Positions 40,322 through 50,639 of a DNA stretch of 64,000 nt are shown here, piece after piece. Below the pieces are notes generated by a model. It ran no database searches and had not been told where the DNA came from. It saw only the letters and a program-made list of their open reading frames with translations. The stretch is from Fibrobacteria bacterium (GTDB lineage: Bacteria; Fibrobacterota; Chitinivibrionia; Chitinivibrionales; FEN-1185): NCBI GenBank assembly GCA_037447435.1, contig JBBIGR010000005.1:1-64000 (forward strand). Reading direction: 5' to 3'. The translations under genes and the position numbers were made by a program. The first letter of the stretch is position 1. Every line of letters starts with the position of its first letter.

Positions 40322-40870
40322 ATGCGTTTATTGACTAGTGTCTTGGTTCTTTTTATGGCCGGCAGTCTTTTTGCCGATTCAAACTATATCGGTGCCGACA
40401 AATGCGCCAAGATGTGCCATAAAAGCAAGGCTAAGGGTGATCAGCTTTCGATATGGAAAGAAAGCAACCATGCCAAAGCTTACAGTGTTTTGGCAACTCC
40501 TGCAGCTCTTGAGACTGCAAAAAAGGTCGGTTTGACAGGCGATCCTCAGAAATCAGACAAATGTCTTAAATGTCACGTGACTGCATTCGGTGTCGATGCG
40601 TCTCGTTTGGATTCGACCTATAGCAAAGAAGAAGGTATTAGTTGTGAAGCATGCCACGGAGCCGGAAGCGGCTATGCAAAACTCAAGATCATGAAAGACA
40701 AGAAAGCTGCGATTGCTGCCGGCCTTGCCATTCCTGATGAAAAAACATGTGTAAAATGTCATAATACCGATTCACCGAATTATAAGAAATTTAATTTTGC
40801 AGAAATGGTAAAGAAGATTGCTCATCCTACGCCGAAGCAAGCTGAAACTAAAGAAGGCGAAGCAAAGTAA
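40322..40870 (+). CDS. Cytochrome c554-family tetraheme (3 CxxCH + 1 CX3CH)
   Basis: Signal peptide; YIGADKCAKMCH, W..S.HAKAY, CLKCHVT, EGISCEACHGAGS, CVKCH. Confidence 0.88.
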   Translation: MRLLTSVLVLFMAGSLFADSNYIGADKCAKMCHKSKAKGDQLSIWKESNHAKAYSVLATPAALETAKKVGLTGDPQKSDKCLKCHVTAFGVDASRLDSTYSKEEGISCEACHGAGSGYAKLKIMKDKKAAIAAGLAIPDEKTCVKCHNTDSPNYKKFNFAEMVKKIAHPTPKQAETKEGEAK

Positions 40871-40898
40871 TTTGGACCTGTTTTAAAAAGTTTTTTAT

Positions 40899-40926
40899 GT
40901 AAGGGCGATTCATGAATCGCCCTTAC
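40899..40926. repeat. Perfect 28-bp palindrome, REP-like
   Basis: GTAAGGGCGATTCATGAATCGCCCTTAC is its own reverse complement. Confidence 0.7.
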
Positions 40927-40992
40927 TGCATCAAAATGGTTGTAAATTTGATTTTGACGAGCCGCGATCATAGAGGGAAAGGCATTATATAA

Positions 40993-42372
40993 ATGATAAA
41001 AAGATTTATTAACTTGCTCGGTTCAGTACAGGTTATCGTACCGCTTCTTATCGTCATAACAGTGGTTTCTCTCGCCGGCGTCATTGTACCTCAAAGTTTA
41101 CCGACAGCCCAATACCTTCAAATCATGCCCGGATGGAGAAGCTCGATTATTCTCCAACTTGGACTTGATCATATTTTTTCCACATGGTGGTTCTACACGC
41201 TCTTGGGAATATTGGCTGTCAATGTCGTGGCTTGTTCATTGACACATCAGGTGAAAAGCCTGAAAAACGCCGGCGCCATGCGGTTTCTCCAAAAACCCGA
41301 CGATGCAAATCGCCTAAAATGCTCTGTATCTTTTGAGGTGGATGGCGCACAGATTAATGCTGTGGAAACCATAACGGGATTTATGAAACGCCGCATGTTT
41401 TTTTGCTCAAATCAAACCAAAGAAAATGTCACTCAAATCGCGGCGAGGTCTCCCCGGCTTAAAGAAATCGGCTCGCTGATGTTCCATTTAAGCATCCTTT
41501 TCTTTTATGTCGGCGGCATTGTGAGTACTATGGGCGGGTTTTCATATGTTAAAGAGCTATGTTCCGGCGACGTGGTTGGAGTCCAAAATTGGCCCTACCG
41601 GATACGATGCGACGGTTTCAAGGTGGAAAGAAACCAGGACGGAGCTGTTTCATCGTACAAATCCAATTTAACAGTACTGTCGGCCGATTCGACCCAACTG
41701 TTGAAAAAAGTCGTTGAAGTCAATCATCCGCTTGCTTTTGCCGGTGTCAATTTTTATCAAAACAGCTACGGAGAACAATCGGGAAGTTTTGAAGTTGCAA
41801 GTCTGCAGGTTTTTGGCCCTCAATTCGATACAAGCGGCTACATGACCGCCGCTTCCTTAAATACGCCGGTGACGCTCCCCGGTAACGGCATAACTTTGAC
41901 CGTTTCCCGATTTATCTCGGATTTCATCATCGACATGCAATCCGGCGAAGCGACATCCCGTTCCGACAGGCCGAATAATCCCGCTGTCAAGGTTACATTG
42001 ACCAGGGGGGCCGATACGTTGTACAGCGGCTGGGCTTTTGAGAATTACCCCGACGTTCATCAGGAATCAAAAAAAGACTATAAAGTCGTTTTTGTCGGCT
42101 ATGAACCCCGTTATTATACCGGCATCAAGATTTCCCATAACCCCGGCAATCCATTCATCTGGTTTGGTTTTGCTTTCATGACATTGGGAATTTTCCTCGT
42201 GTTTTATTTTCCGCATCGGAATTATTGGATTTTCATCGGGCAGGGAAATAACCGGAAGGTTATTGTGACCGTCGGCGGTGCATCGAGCCGCTCGGCATCG
42301 GCATTTCAGGCAGAATTTAACCATAGTTGCGATTCTTTGAAACGTGTACTGAAGGAGGGATCTTCATCGTGA
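40993..42372 (+). CDS. resB: Cytochrome c biogenesis protein ResB/CcsB (System II)
   Basis: G.IVPQ, IFSTWWF, HLS, VEVNHPL..G..FYQ.SY, NPG....W.G. Confidence 0.9.
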   Translation: MIKRFINLLGSVQVIVPLLIVITVVSLAGVIVPQSLPTAQYLQIMPGWRSSIILQLGLDHIFSTWWFYTLLGILAVNVVACSLTHQVKSLKNAGAMRFLQKPDDANRLKCSVSFEVDGAQINAVETITGFMKRRMFFCSNQTKENVTQIAARSPRLKEIGSLMFHLSILFFYVGGIVSTMGGFSYVKELCSGDVVGVQNWPYRIRCDGFKVERNQDGAVSSYKSNLTVLSADSTQLLKKVVEVNHPLAFAGVNFYQNSYGEQSGSFEVASLQVFGPQFDTSGYMTAASLNTPVTLPGNGITLTVSRFISDFIIDMQSGEATSRSDRPNNPAVKVTLTRGADTLYSGWAFENYPDVHQESKKDYKVVFVGYEPRYYTGIKISHNPGNPFIWFGFAFMTLGIFLVFYFPHRNYWIFIGQGNNRKVIVTVGGASSRSASAFQAEFNHSCDSLKRVLKEGSSS

Positions 42373-43202
42373 ATATTTTTGCTCAAAATTCTATCGAATT
42401 CACTTTTTTCTGGTGGGCTTTTATTGCGTACTCAGCATCGTGTCTTTTGTACGTAGCCTATTTTCCTATTTCAAAAAAATGGCTCGCCACCTCGGCTTCG
42501 ATCGCAATGGCAATCGGATTGTTGATGCAAACACTGGCAATGATTGAACGGACCGTTCATATCCATCATATGCCTCTCACGAACATGTTCGAATACATAA
42601 GCCTGTTCGCCTGGTTTGCGACCTGTTTCTATTTTGTATTCCTCCGGGTTTACAAGTTACATTTACTCGGTGCGGTTATTTCCTTCACCGTCTTCATGCT
42701 AATGGTTGCCGGATCATTATTGCCCAAAGACGCTGAAATGCAACTTGTTCCTGCATTGCAAAGCTATTGGCTTCAAATTCACGTATCGGTAGCATCTTTG
42801 GGTGAAGCTGCGTTTTTAGTCGCATTTGCGGCCAATATCCTTTACTTCCTAAAAACCGGAATGTCCAAAACGTCTGCATTCGCCTCTCGATTGCCCGATG
42901 CCCAGACACTCGATCGTATTGCATACAAAGCCATCACGGTCGGTTACCCTTTGTTTACCATCGGTGCGTTGTTTGCCGGCGCAATTTGGGCGGAACAAGC
43001 GTGGGGCAGTTTTTGGAGCTGGGACCCTAAAGAAGTAGGTTCTTTGATCGTATGGTTGATTTATTCCGCATACCTTCATGCCCGATTTGTCAAGGGATGG
43101 ACGGGTTCGCGGGCCGCGATTCTCAGTACGACGGCGTTTACTTGTACCTTGCTTACGTTTTTCGCAAACCTTATTCTCGGAGGTCTGCACGCATACGGCT
43201 AA
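42369..43202 (+). CDS. ccsA: Cytochrome c synthase CcsA/ResC (System II)
   Basis: PLTNMFE, LVPALQSYWLQIHV, WWD domain GAIWAEQAWGSFWSWDPKE, GLHAY; GTG start overlaps the resB stop. Confidence 0.93.
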   Translation: MNIFAQNSIEFTFFWWAFIAYSASCLLYVAYFPISKKWLATSASIAMAIGLLMQTLAMIERTVHIHHMPLTNMFEYISLFAWFATCFYFVFLRVYKLHLLGAVISFTVFMLMVAGSLLPKDAEMQLVPALQSYWLQIHVSVASLGEAAFLVAFAANILYFLKTGMSKTSAFASRLPDAQTLDRIAYKAITVGYPLFTIGALFAGAIWAEQAWGSFWSWDPKEVGSLIVWLIYSAYLHARFVKGWTGSRAAILSTTAFTCTLLTFFANLILGGLHAYG

Positions 43203-43323
43203 TCCCGACGGCTATCGGCCTCCTCAAATGGATCGGGTTACTGAATTCGCAGCATCTCGGGTTTGCCGAACCGTTATATTGTAGCTTCCGAATGGAAAAA
43301 TTACCGAAGAGGTCGGCCTTGCA

Positions 43324-44130
43324 ATGACACATATTTTTTCCGAAATTATCCGGATTGTTATTCCGGTTGCTTACTTTGCGGTATCGGTAAGCTTTATCGT
43401 CGCATTCACGAAGAAACAACAATTGTCTTCTGTTTGGCCGTCACTTTTTCTTGCAATTGGTCTTTTTGCCCATACCTGCCTGCTGATCAATATTCTCATT
43501 GCAAACGGATATTATCTTATAGAAACCCCTTTTGAAGGGCTTGCATTCTGCGGCTGGTTTTTTATCGTCGCTTCAACCTTGCTGGTGTATAGGCAAAAAG
43601 AAGCAAGTTTCGGTGCGTTCCTTTTTCCCGCCGGCTTTGTCGTATCGACCCTGGCCGTTATTTTTATCAGCCAAGGTCCTCACCTGCCGAAATTTCTCTT
43701 GTCGCAACCATTCATGGCTCATACGTGGATATTGTTCGGTTCGTATGCATGTTTTCTGCTTTCCGCCATTATCTCGATTATGTATCTGGTACAACATCAC
43801 CTGATTCGATCCCGTTCACTGGGTTCGGTATACGAACGTCTTCCGGCACTCGAGGTCATGGATCAGGTTATCATGAACTGCGATGCCGTTGGCGCGGCTT
43901 TGTTGATTATCGGCATTGTTATGGGTTTTCTTCTTATGAATTCGGCAATAATCAGACCTCCGAATTTGAACATCAAGATTTCATTCGCCATGCTTGCAGC
44001 CGTAACGTACGCCTGCGAACATATTTTACGAGTCGGAATCGGATGGAAAGGTCAACGGGCCTGTTTCGTTTCGATTTTCGGGTTTGTACTCATCATGATC
44101 ACCCTGTTGTCGGGGCGCCATGGATTCTAA
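43324..44130 (+). CDS. HemX-like / CcsA-related membrane protein
   Basis: About 8 TM; H...., MYLVQ...., RLPALE.MD, GWKG.R, terminal H.F; lacks the WWD motif; directly upstream of hemA. Confidence 0.75.
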   Translation: MTHIFSEIIRIVIPVAYFAVSVSFIVAFTKKQQLSSVWPSLFLAIGLFAHTCLLINILIANGYYLIETPFEGLAFCGWFFIVASTLLVYRQKEASFGAFLFPAGFVVSTLAVIFISQGPHLPKFLLSQPFMAHTWILFGSYACFLLSAIISIMYLVQHHLIRSRSLGSVYERLPALEVMDQVIMNCDAVGAALLIIGIVMGFLLMNSAIIRPPNLNIKISFAMLAAVTYACEHILRVGIGWKGQRACFVSIFGFVLIMITLLSGRHGF

Positions 44131-45406
44131 CGTCGACATTTGCAAACATGTCGTAGTATTTGGCATTAGCCATAACACCGGTTCTCTCGGCGTCCGTGAA
44201 AAAATTTTGTTTGCGGAACAAGACATTCCTGAGGCGCTTTCGGAACTTTGCAAGCTCGACGGTGTATTGGAAGCCGTTATACTCTCTACCTGCAACCGTG
44301 TAGAAATTTATGCAGTGATAGACAAACCGGATAAAGCGCAGGCGTTACTCTCTTCTTTCATCAGCGCAAAAAAAAACATTCCCCTGGAAGACTTCGAAAA
44401 GCACATCTATTTTCACCGATGTAACCAAGCCGTTGAGCACCTTTTCCACGTAACCGGCAGTCTCGATTCCCTCGTTGTGGGCGAAGCCCAAATTCTTTCC
44501 CAGGTAAAAAACGCCTTTTCCGTTGCCCGAGAAAACGGTTCCACGGGGATAGTACTCAATAAACTTTTTCTTTTCGCAATAACCTCGGGCAAACGTGTCC
44601 GTTCGGAAACGAAAATAGGCAAAGGAGCGGTATCAATTTCCCAGGCGGGTGTGGAACTTGCAAAAAAAATACTCGGTCAGCTCACGAACCACTGCGCCAT
44701 GATTATCGGTGCCGGCGAAATGAGCGAACTTACCGCAAAACATCTTAAAAGCGCCGGCATCAGGAAGCTCTTTTTTGCAAACCGGACTCTCGACCGGGCT
44801 GCTGCATTGTCTGCACAATTCGACGGCGCCGCCATAAACCTCGCCGAAATGCCGGGGATACTGCCCGAATGCGACATCGTAATTTCGTCCACGGCATCGC
44901 CCGATTACATAATCGACGTCGACGACATGCGTGAAGTAATTGTAAAACGCAAAAACCAACCGATCCTTCTAATAGACATTGCCGCACCGCGCGATATCCA
45001 TCCCGATGTCGGCAAACTCTACAACGTGTTTCTTTACACCATAGACGATTTGGCCCAGGTTGCAAAATATAATGTCGAAGCAAGAACCAATGAAATTGCC
45101 GCTGCAATGATAATCATAAACGAAGAGATGAACGAATACTTCGAGTGGTATAATTATCTCCGCGTGCAGCCGATAGTCGTGTCTTTACGGAAGAAATTCG
45201 ATACGATTCGCGATAAAAACTTGACCTTGTTGGCCGGACAAATAGCGGAAATGCCCGAAGAAACCCGGAATTTGATTAAAAATTTCGCAAGCGAGTTGAC
45301 AGACGATTTCTTTGAAATGCCGTCTATCGCCCTGCGCGAATCGGCAGGCACGTCCGACTGGATGCAATTATCGGATGCACTCACCAAATTGTTTAAACTG
45401 AAATAA
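44120..45406 (+). CDS. hemA: Glutamyl-tRNA reductase
   Basis: LSTCNRVE, SLDSLVVGEAQIL, GAGEM, DIAAPRDI. Confidence 0.95.
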   Translation: MDSNVDICKHVVVFGISHNTGSLGVREKILFAEQDIPEALSELCKLDGVLEAVILSTCNRVEIYAVIDKPDKAQALLSSFISAKKNIPLEDFEKHIYFHRCNQAVEHLFHVTGSLDSLVVGEAQILSQVKNAFSVARENGSTGIVLNKLFLFAITSGKRVRSETKIGKGAVSISQAGVELAKKILGQLTNHCAMIIGAGEMSELTAKHLKSAGIRKLFFANRTLDRAAALSAQFDGAAINLAEMPGILPECDIVISSTASPDYIIDVDDMREVIVKRKNQPILLIDIAAPRDIHPDVGKLYNVFLYTIDDLAQVAKYNVEARTNEIAAAMIIINEEMNEYFEWYNYLRVQPIVVSLRKKFDTIRDKNLTLLAGQIAEMPEETRNLIKNFASELTDDFFEMPSIALRESAGTSDWMQLSDALTKLFKLK

Positions 45407-45411
45407 GCGCC

Positions 45412-46053
45412 ATGAAGAACAATCATACCTACCCTGTTTTTCTTGATTTGCACGGTATTTCATGTCTGGTGGTCGGCGGCGGCCGAATTGCAACCCGTAA
45501 AGTACTTTCGTTGGTACGAGCCGGTGCTCGTCTGACCGTGGTCAGCCCTTTGGTGAACGCAAGGATTTTAAAATTGGCGCATAAAAACAAGCTGGTCTGG
45601 AAAGCTGAACCATACGCCAAATCATGTCTTTGCGCTATGCGAATGGTCATTGCGGCAACCAACGATAAAAAAGTAAATCATCAGATTTTCAATGATGCGG
45701 AAATGCTGGGAATAATGGCCAATGTCGTCGACGATCCGGACTATTGCCGTTTTGTGCTGCCAGCCCGATTCACCTCGGGAAATCTGGAAATTGCCGTAAC
45801 CACGGGCGGAGCAGCCCCCGTATATTCAAAAATAGTACGGGATGATATAGCAAACCATGTTGTTGCAAAATATACTCCGATAATTTCGGCCCTAGGAAAG
45901 AACCGGCTCAGGATCAAAAACCTTTCCCCTGGTTCTAAAAATGTATTTTGGAAAAAGGTGGCATCGGTTGACAACACCGGAAAAATCGGCTTAAAAAAAG
46001 TCAAGACCATTATTAACGATACCGTAAAGACTGCTGAAGGTGGTAATCAATGA
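45412..46053 (+). CDS. sirC: Precorrin-2 dehydrogenase / sirohydrochlorin ferrochelatase (CysG N-terminal type)
   Basis: YPVFLDL, VVGGGRIATRK, ANVVDDP. Confidence 0.85.
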   Translation: MKNNHTYPVFLDLHGISCLVVGGGRIATRKVLSLVRAGARLTVVSPLVNARILKLAHKNKLVWKAEPYAKSCLCAMRMVIAATNDKKVNHQIFNDAEMLGIMANVVDDPDYCRFVLPARFTSGNLEIAVTTGGAAPVYSKIVRDDIANHVVAKYTPIISALGKNRLRIKNLSPGSKNVFWKKVASVDNTGKIGLKKVKTIINDTVKTAEGGNQ

Positions 46054-46985
46054 CGTCCAGAATATTTCGCGTGGCAACCAGAGCAAGCCAGCTTGCCCTG
46101 ACCCAAACAAAGCAAACCGTCGCTTTACTTGAAAAGGCAAACCCGGGTATCGCTTTTGAGCTCGTTACGATCCGGACATCGGGAGACGCCTCAACGAATA
46201 CGCCGCTCGCAGGTTTCGGCGGCGTAGGCGTATTTGTAAAGGAACTTGAGACTGCTTTGCGCGAAGACAGAGCCGATTTGGCTATTCACAGCCTCAAGGA
46301 TGTTCCGTCGTCGGTTGCACAGGGGATGGTAATTGCCGCGATTCCTTCACGTGTCTCCCCATGGGATGTGGTTATCACAAACTCAGGACTATCACTTGAC
46401 AAAATCCCCCATGGTGCAAAGGTAGGCACCGGCAGTCCTCGCCGGATTATGCAGCTAAAAGCGATTCGTCCCGATTTACGGTGCGAAGATATTCGCGGAA
46501 ACCTTGACACAAGAATTAAAAAGCTCTCACAAGGAGATTTTGATGCAATCATTCTTGCTGCCGCCGGAATGATTCGGCTCGGCATCGCCTTTAACCAAAA
46601 TGGAGTACTGTCTCTTTCACAATGTATTCCTGCCTGCGGCCAAGGCGCCTTGGGATTGGAGTGCCGTGCCGACGACGCAGAAACCGTTTCGATCGTCAGA
46701 AAAATCAATGATGCAACATCGGAACAAGAAGCAACGGCCGAACGATCGTTCATGAAACGTACGGGTGCGGGTTGTGCGGTTCCGGTTGCCGCCTTTGCAA
46801 AAATAAGCGAAAAAAACCTTGTCATACGGGCGGTTGCTGGCGATCTGACAACCGGCGCCATCGTATCCTCGGAAAAAAGCGGACCATCTGAAGAATTCAA
46901 CCGCATCGGCATTGCCTGCGCCGATGAAATTCTTACCAAATGCGCTGAACACGGAATAACCCTTTCCCCGGAGCGACGTTCGTGA
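46050..46985 (+). CDS. hemC: Hydroxymethylbilane synthase
   Basis: TRASQLAL, GVFVKELE, HSLKD, IRGNLDTR, GQGAL. Confidence 0.95.
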   Translation: MTSRIFRVATRASQLALTQTKQTVALLEKANPGIAFELVTIRTSGDASTNTPLAGFGGVGVFVKELETALREDRADLAIHSLKDVPSSVAQGMVIAAIPSRVSPWDVVITNSGLSLDKIPHGAKVGTGSPRRIMQLKAIRPDLRCEDIRGNLDTRIKKLSQGDFDAIILAAAGMIRLGIAFNQNGVLSLSQCIPACGQGALGLECRADDAETVSIVRKINDATSEQEATAERSFMKRTGAGCAVPVAAFAKISEKNLVIRAVAGDLTTGAIVSSEKSGPSEEFNRIGIACADEILTKCAEHGITLSPERRS

Positions 46986-48526
46986 AATCCGGAAAAGTTC
47001 AAACGCAAACGGGCAAAATTTATATCGTCGGCGCGGGGCCGGGCGACCCTGAATTGATTTCCGTCAAGGCGAAAAGAATTTTATCCCTGGCCGATGCCGT
47101 AGTCTATGATTCTCTCGTAGCGCCGGAAATTCTTGCGCAAATTCCAGGCGACTGCCAAAAATTTTTCGCAGGGAAAAAATCCCAAATTCATGCCATACAA
47201 CAAGGTGAAATCAATAACCTTCTCGTCAAGCTTGCCCGTGCCGGGAAAATCGTTGTACGGCTTAAAGGCGGAGACCCGTTCATATTTGGCCGCGGAGCAG
47301 AAGAATGTGAAGAAGCGATTGCCGCAAAAATACCCTACGAAATCGTCCCGGGCATATCATCCGGAATCGCAATTCCTGCCTATGCGGGAATTCCCTTGAC
47401 ACATCGGGGCTTGGCTTCATCGGTGGCCTTTGTTACCGGACATGAAGCTGCATCGAAAACGACATCCGCTGTTCGATGGAAGCATTTGGCAAAAGGAATT
47501 GATACGCTTGTTATTTACATGGGCGTTCACAATTTGAATAGCATCGTAAAAAAACTGATAACGCAGGGCCGGGGTATTGCAACACCGGTTGCTTGTATCG
47601 AACGCGGCACTACTCCGCAACAAAGAACCGTTACCGGGACTCTCGGCTCGATAGTTTCTAAAGTCGATGAAGCTCACCTAGGCTCGCCGGCTATTATTAT
47701 TGTGGGTGAAGTTGTCGATAAACGGAAAACCCTGCAATGGTTCGAAAAAGCTCCCTTATTTGGCCGGACAATCATCATTACCCGATCGGCCGAGCAGGCT
47801 CCGATACTTTCAAATTCGTTACGATTGCGCGGAGCGAGGACTATCGAATTTCCTACCATTTTTATTGAGACTACCGGCATAGGCGGTGATTTGGATAAGG
47901 CAATAAAAAATATTTCTTCCTATGCATGGATTGTGTTTACAAGTTCTAACAGTGTGAATGCCTTCTTTAAAAGGCTTATTGCATTACGGCGGGACATCCG
48001 CTGCCTCTATGGGGTACGAATAGCAAGCATAGGACCGAGTACGACCGCATCCATTGAGGCATACAACCTATCCGTCGATGTTACGGCACAAAACAACGTT
48101 GCCGAAGGTCTCATCGAATCTCTTAAAAAGAAAGATTCATGGAAAGGAAGAAAAGTGCTGTTGCCTCGTGCTAAAGAAGCTCGAGACGTTCTGCCCGAAA
48201 CCTTAAAAAAGTGGGGCGCAGACATTCGGATCGTGGCCGCGTATGCAACGGTAAAACCAAAAAATGCCGACCCAAACGTTATTGCCATGATTGCCGACGG
48301 GAACTACGACCTTGTCACATTTACCAGTTCATCGACATTTAAAAACTTCAAAGCCCTCTGCGGACCTGCATCATGGAAACGTATTCGATCGTCGCTTCGC
48401 GCCGTAAGCATAGGGCCGGCAACATCGGAGGCAATCCGTGCATGCGGTATTGAACCCGTAGCCGAAGCAACACCCCATACGATCGATGGCGTTGTCGCTT
48501 GTTTGGAAAAATTGTTACGCAAGTGA
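46982..48526 (+). CDS. cobA-hemD: Uroporphyrinogen-III methyltransferase / synthase fusion
   Basis: VGAGPGDPEL, RLKGGDP..FGRG.EE, then HemD motifs FTSSNSV, IGPST, FTSSST. Confidence 0.93.
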   Translation: MKSGKVQTQTGKIYIVGAGPGDPELISVKAKRILSLADAVVYDSLVAPEILAQIPGDCQKFFAGKKSQIHAIQQGEINNLLVKLARAGKIVVRLKGGDPFIFGRGAEECEEAIAAKIPYEIVPGISSGIAIPAYAGIPLTHRGLASSVAFVTGHEAASKTTSAVRWKHLAKGIDTLVIYMGVHNLNSIVKKLITQGRGIATPVACIERGTTPQQRTVTGTLGSIVSKVDEAHLGSPAIIIVGEVVDKRKTLQWFEKAPLFGRTIIITRSAEQAPILSNSLRLRGARTIEFPTIFIETTGIGGDLDKAIKNISSYAWIVFTSSNSVNAFFKRLIALRRDIRCLYGVRIASIGPSTTASIEAYNLSVDVTAQNNVAEGLIESLKKKDSWKGRKVLLPRAKEARDVLPETLKKWGADIRIVAAYATVKPKNADPNVIAMIADGNYDLVTFTSSSTFKNFKALCGPASWKRIRSSLRAVSIGPATSEAIRACGIEPVAEATPHTIDGVVACLEKLLRK

Positions 48527-48549
48527 TTTGTTTATAAAGGAGAGTACTC

Positions 48550-49530
48550 ATGGGATTTCCGTCCATACGGACCCGGCGTTTACGCCGTAACAAATTAATA
48601 AGAGACCTCGTGACCGAGACCAAGATTGACGTACAGGATTTTATTCTTCCCTTATTCGTGTGCCACGGGAAAAATGTGCGTAATCCGATATCGTCGATGC
48701 CCGGCCACTTTCAGCTTTCGGAAGACGAACTACGGCGGGAATGCGATACAATATCATCCGCCGGGTTACAATCAATTTTACTCTTTGGAATACCAAAGGA
48801 AAAAGACCAAGACGGACGTTGCGCATGCAGGGAAGACGGTATTATCCAGAATGCAGTACGAACGTTAAAAAAAAGTCATCCGAACCTGCTCATTATCACC
48901 GACATTTGCAATTGCGAATACACAACCCACGGTCATTGCGGACCCCTCGTTAACGGTGACGTACATAATGATCAGACAATCGAAATTTTAGCGGAACAAG
49001 CACTTTCTCACGCCCGGGCCGGCGCCGATATTGTTGCACCAAGCGATATGATGGACGGTCGCGTCGGACGGATCAGGCAAACTCTGGACAACAACGGTTT
49101 TCAGGACATTGCCGTAATGTCCTATGCCGCTAAGTACGCTTCCGCATTTTATGGTCCTTTCAGAGAAGCGGCGGAATCGGCACCTACCTTTGGAGATCGC
49201 AAAAGCTATCAAATGGATCCGGCTAATTCAAGGGAGGCATTACGGGAAGTCGAACTCGATATCGAAGAAGGGGCAGACATAATTATGGTCAAACCGGCCC
49301 TCAGTTACCTCGATATCATCAATCAGGTAAAAACCACCTTTCGAGTACCAATAGCGGCTTATAACGTCAGCGGCGAGTTTTCCATGGTAAAAGCTGCCGC
49401 TCAACAAGGTTGGGTCGACGAAAAACGTATTGTACTTGAAATCTTAACGTCAATAAAACGTGCCGGGGCCGATATTATAATTACCTATCATGCCCTTGAA
49501 GCGGCGCATTACCTTGCAAAGGAGCAATAA
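48550..49530 (+). CDS. hemB: Porphobilinogen synthase
   Basis: R.RRLR, DICNCEYTTHGHC, APSDMMDG, MVKP, AAYNVSGE. Confidence 0.96.
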   Translation: MGFPSIRTRRLRRNKLIRDLVTETKIDVQDFILPLFVCHGKNVRNPISSMPGHFQLSEDELRRECDTISSAGLQSILLFGIPKEKDQDGRCACREDGIIQNAVRTLKKSHPNLLIITDICNCEYTTHGHCGPLVNGDVHNDQTIEILAEQALSHARAGADIVAPSDMMDGRVGRIRQTLDNNGFQDIAVMSYAAKYASAFYGPFREAAESAPTFGDRKSYQMDPANSREALREVELDIEEGADIIMVKPALSYLDIINQVKTTFRVPIAAYNVSGEFSMVKAAAQQGWVDEKRIVLEILTSIKRAGADIIITYHALEAAHYLAKEQ

Positions 49531-49535
49531 TACCC

Positions 49536-50639
49536 ATGAATTCGCCAATGACCAGTGTACCGAACCAGCTTCGGCTTATCGCATGGGAAGTTACCCGTTC
49601 ATGTACGCTGAATTGCAGGCATTGCCGTGCATCTGCTGAAAAAGGTCCTTATACTGGGGAATTGTCTACTACGGAATGCGAGCAAATCCTTGTCAATGTC
49701 GCATCATTTGCCAAGCCGATAATCATTCTGACCGGCGGCGAGCCAATGCTGAGGCCCGATATTTATCATCTTGCCGAATTCGGCCACAAACTTGGGTTAC
49801 GTATGGTAATGGCTCCGTGCGGTAAACTTTTGACTGAAGAATCCTGTTTGCAACTCAAGGCCTCCGGCATTCAACGAATCAGTTTAAGCATCGATGGCGC
49901 CACAGCCCAATCTCATGATTCTTTTCGCCGGGTCGACGGCGCATTTGCAAGTGTCATGGCCGGTATCGAGGTCGCAAGGAAAACAGGGTTGGAATTTCAA
50001 ATCAACACGACGGTTACAAAACTCAACGTCGAAGAATTGCCGGCAATTTTCGATTTAGCAATCAGCCTTGGCGCAGTATCGTTTCACCCGTTTTTACTGG
50101 TGCCGACCGGCAGAGGAAAAGAATTGGCCGACCAGGAAATTCCCCCGGAGCAATATGAACGGGTGCTGAACTGGATTTATGAGCATAGCGCGCACAAGGT
50201 AAAAGCGGCACTAACCCTGAAACCGACCTGCGCGCCGCATTACTACCGGATTCTTCGTCAACGGGAAAAGGAAGCGGGCAGGACCGTCACCATGCAAACA
50301 CATGGTCTGGACGCAATGACCAAGGGTTGTCTCGGCGGTCAAGGTTTTGCTTTTATTTCTCATGTCGGTGTCGTTCAAATTTGCGGCTTTCTCGATATTC
50401 CCGCAGGTAATCTGCGGGAAAACAACGGCAATTTCAAATCCGTGTGGGACAATTCGCCCCTGTTTCATGAAATGAGGAATCTTGACGGTTATCACGGCCG
50501 ATGCGGTTATTGTGAATACAGGAGGGTATGCAGCGGATGCCGGGCACGCGCCTATGAATCGACCGGCGATTATCTGGCGGAAGAACCATATTGCGTTTAT
50601 GAACCAGCAAAGAAAAATTCGGAAGGTACCAATGTATAA
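49536..50639 (+). CDS. ahbD: Radical SAM/SPASM heme b synthase (AhbD-like)
   Basis: [48 protein letters not shown]...C.GCRARA. Confidence 0.85.
   Translation: MNSPMTSVPNQLRLIAWEVTRSCTLNCRHCRASAEKGPYTGELSTTECEQILVNVASFAKPIIILTGGEPMLRPDIYHLAEFGHKLGLRMVMAPCGKLLTEESCLQLKASGIQRISLSIDGATAQSHDSFRRVDGAFASVMAGIEVARKTGLEFQINTTVTKLNVEELPAIFDLAISLGAVSFHPFLLVPTGRGKELADQEIPPEQYERVLNWIYEHSAHKVKAALTLKPTCAPHYYRILRQREKEAGRTVTMQTHGLDAMTKGCLGGQGFAFISHVGVVQICGFLDIPAGNLRENNGNFKSVWDNSPLFHEMRNLDGYHGRCGYCEYRRVCSGCRARAYESTGDYLAEEPYCVYEPAKKNSEGTNV

Noticed and set aside
40322..40870. Ammonia/hydroxylamine oxidation inferred from cytochrome c554
   Set aside because: No hao or amo genes; c554-family domains are widespread electron carriers
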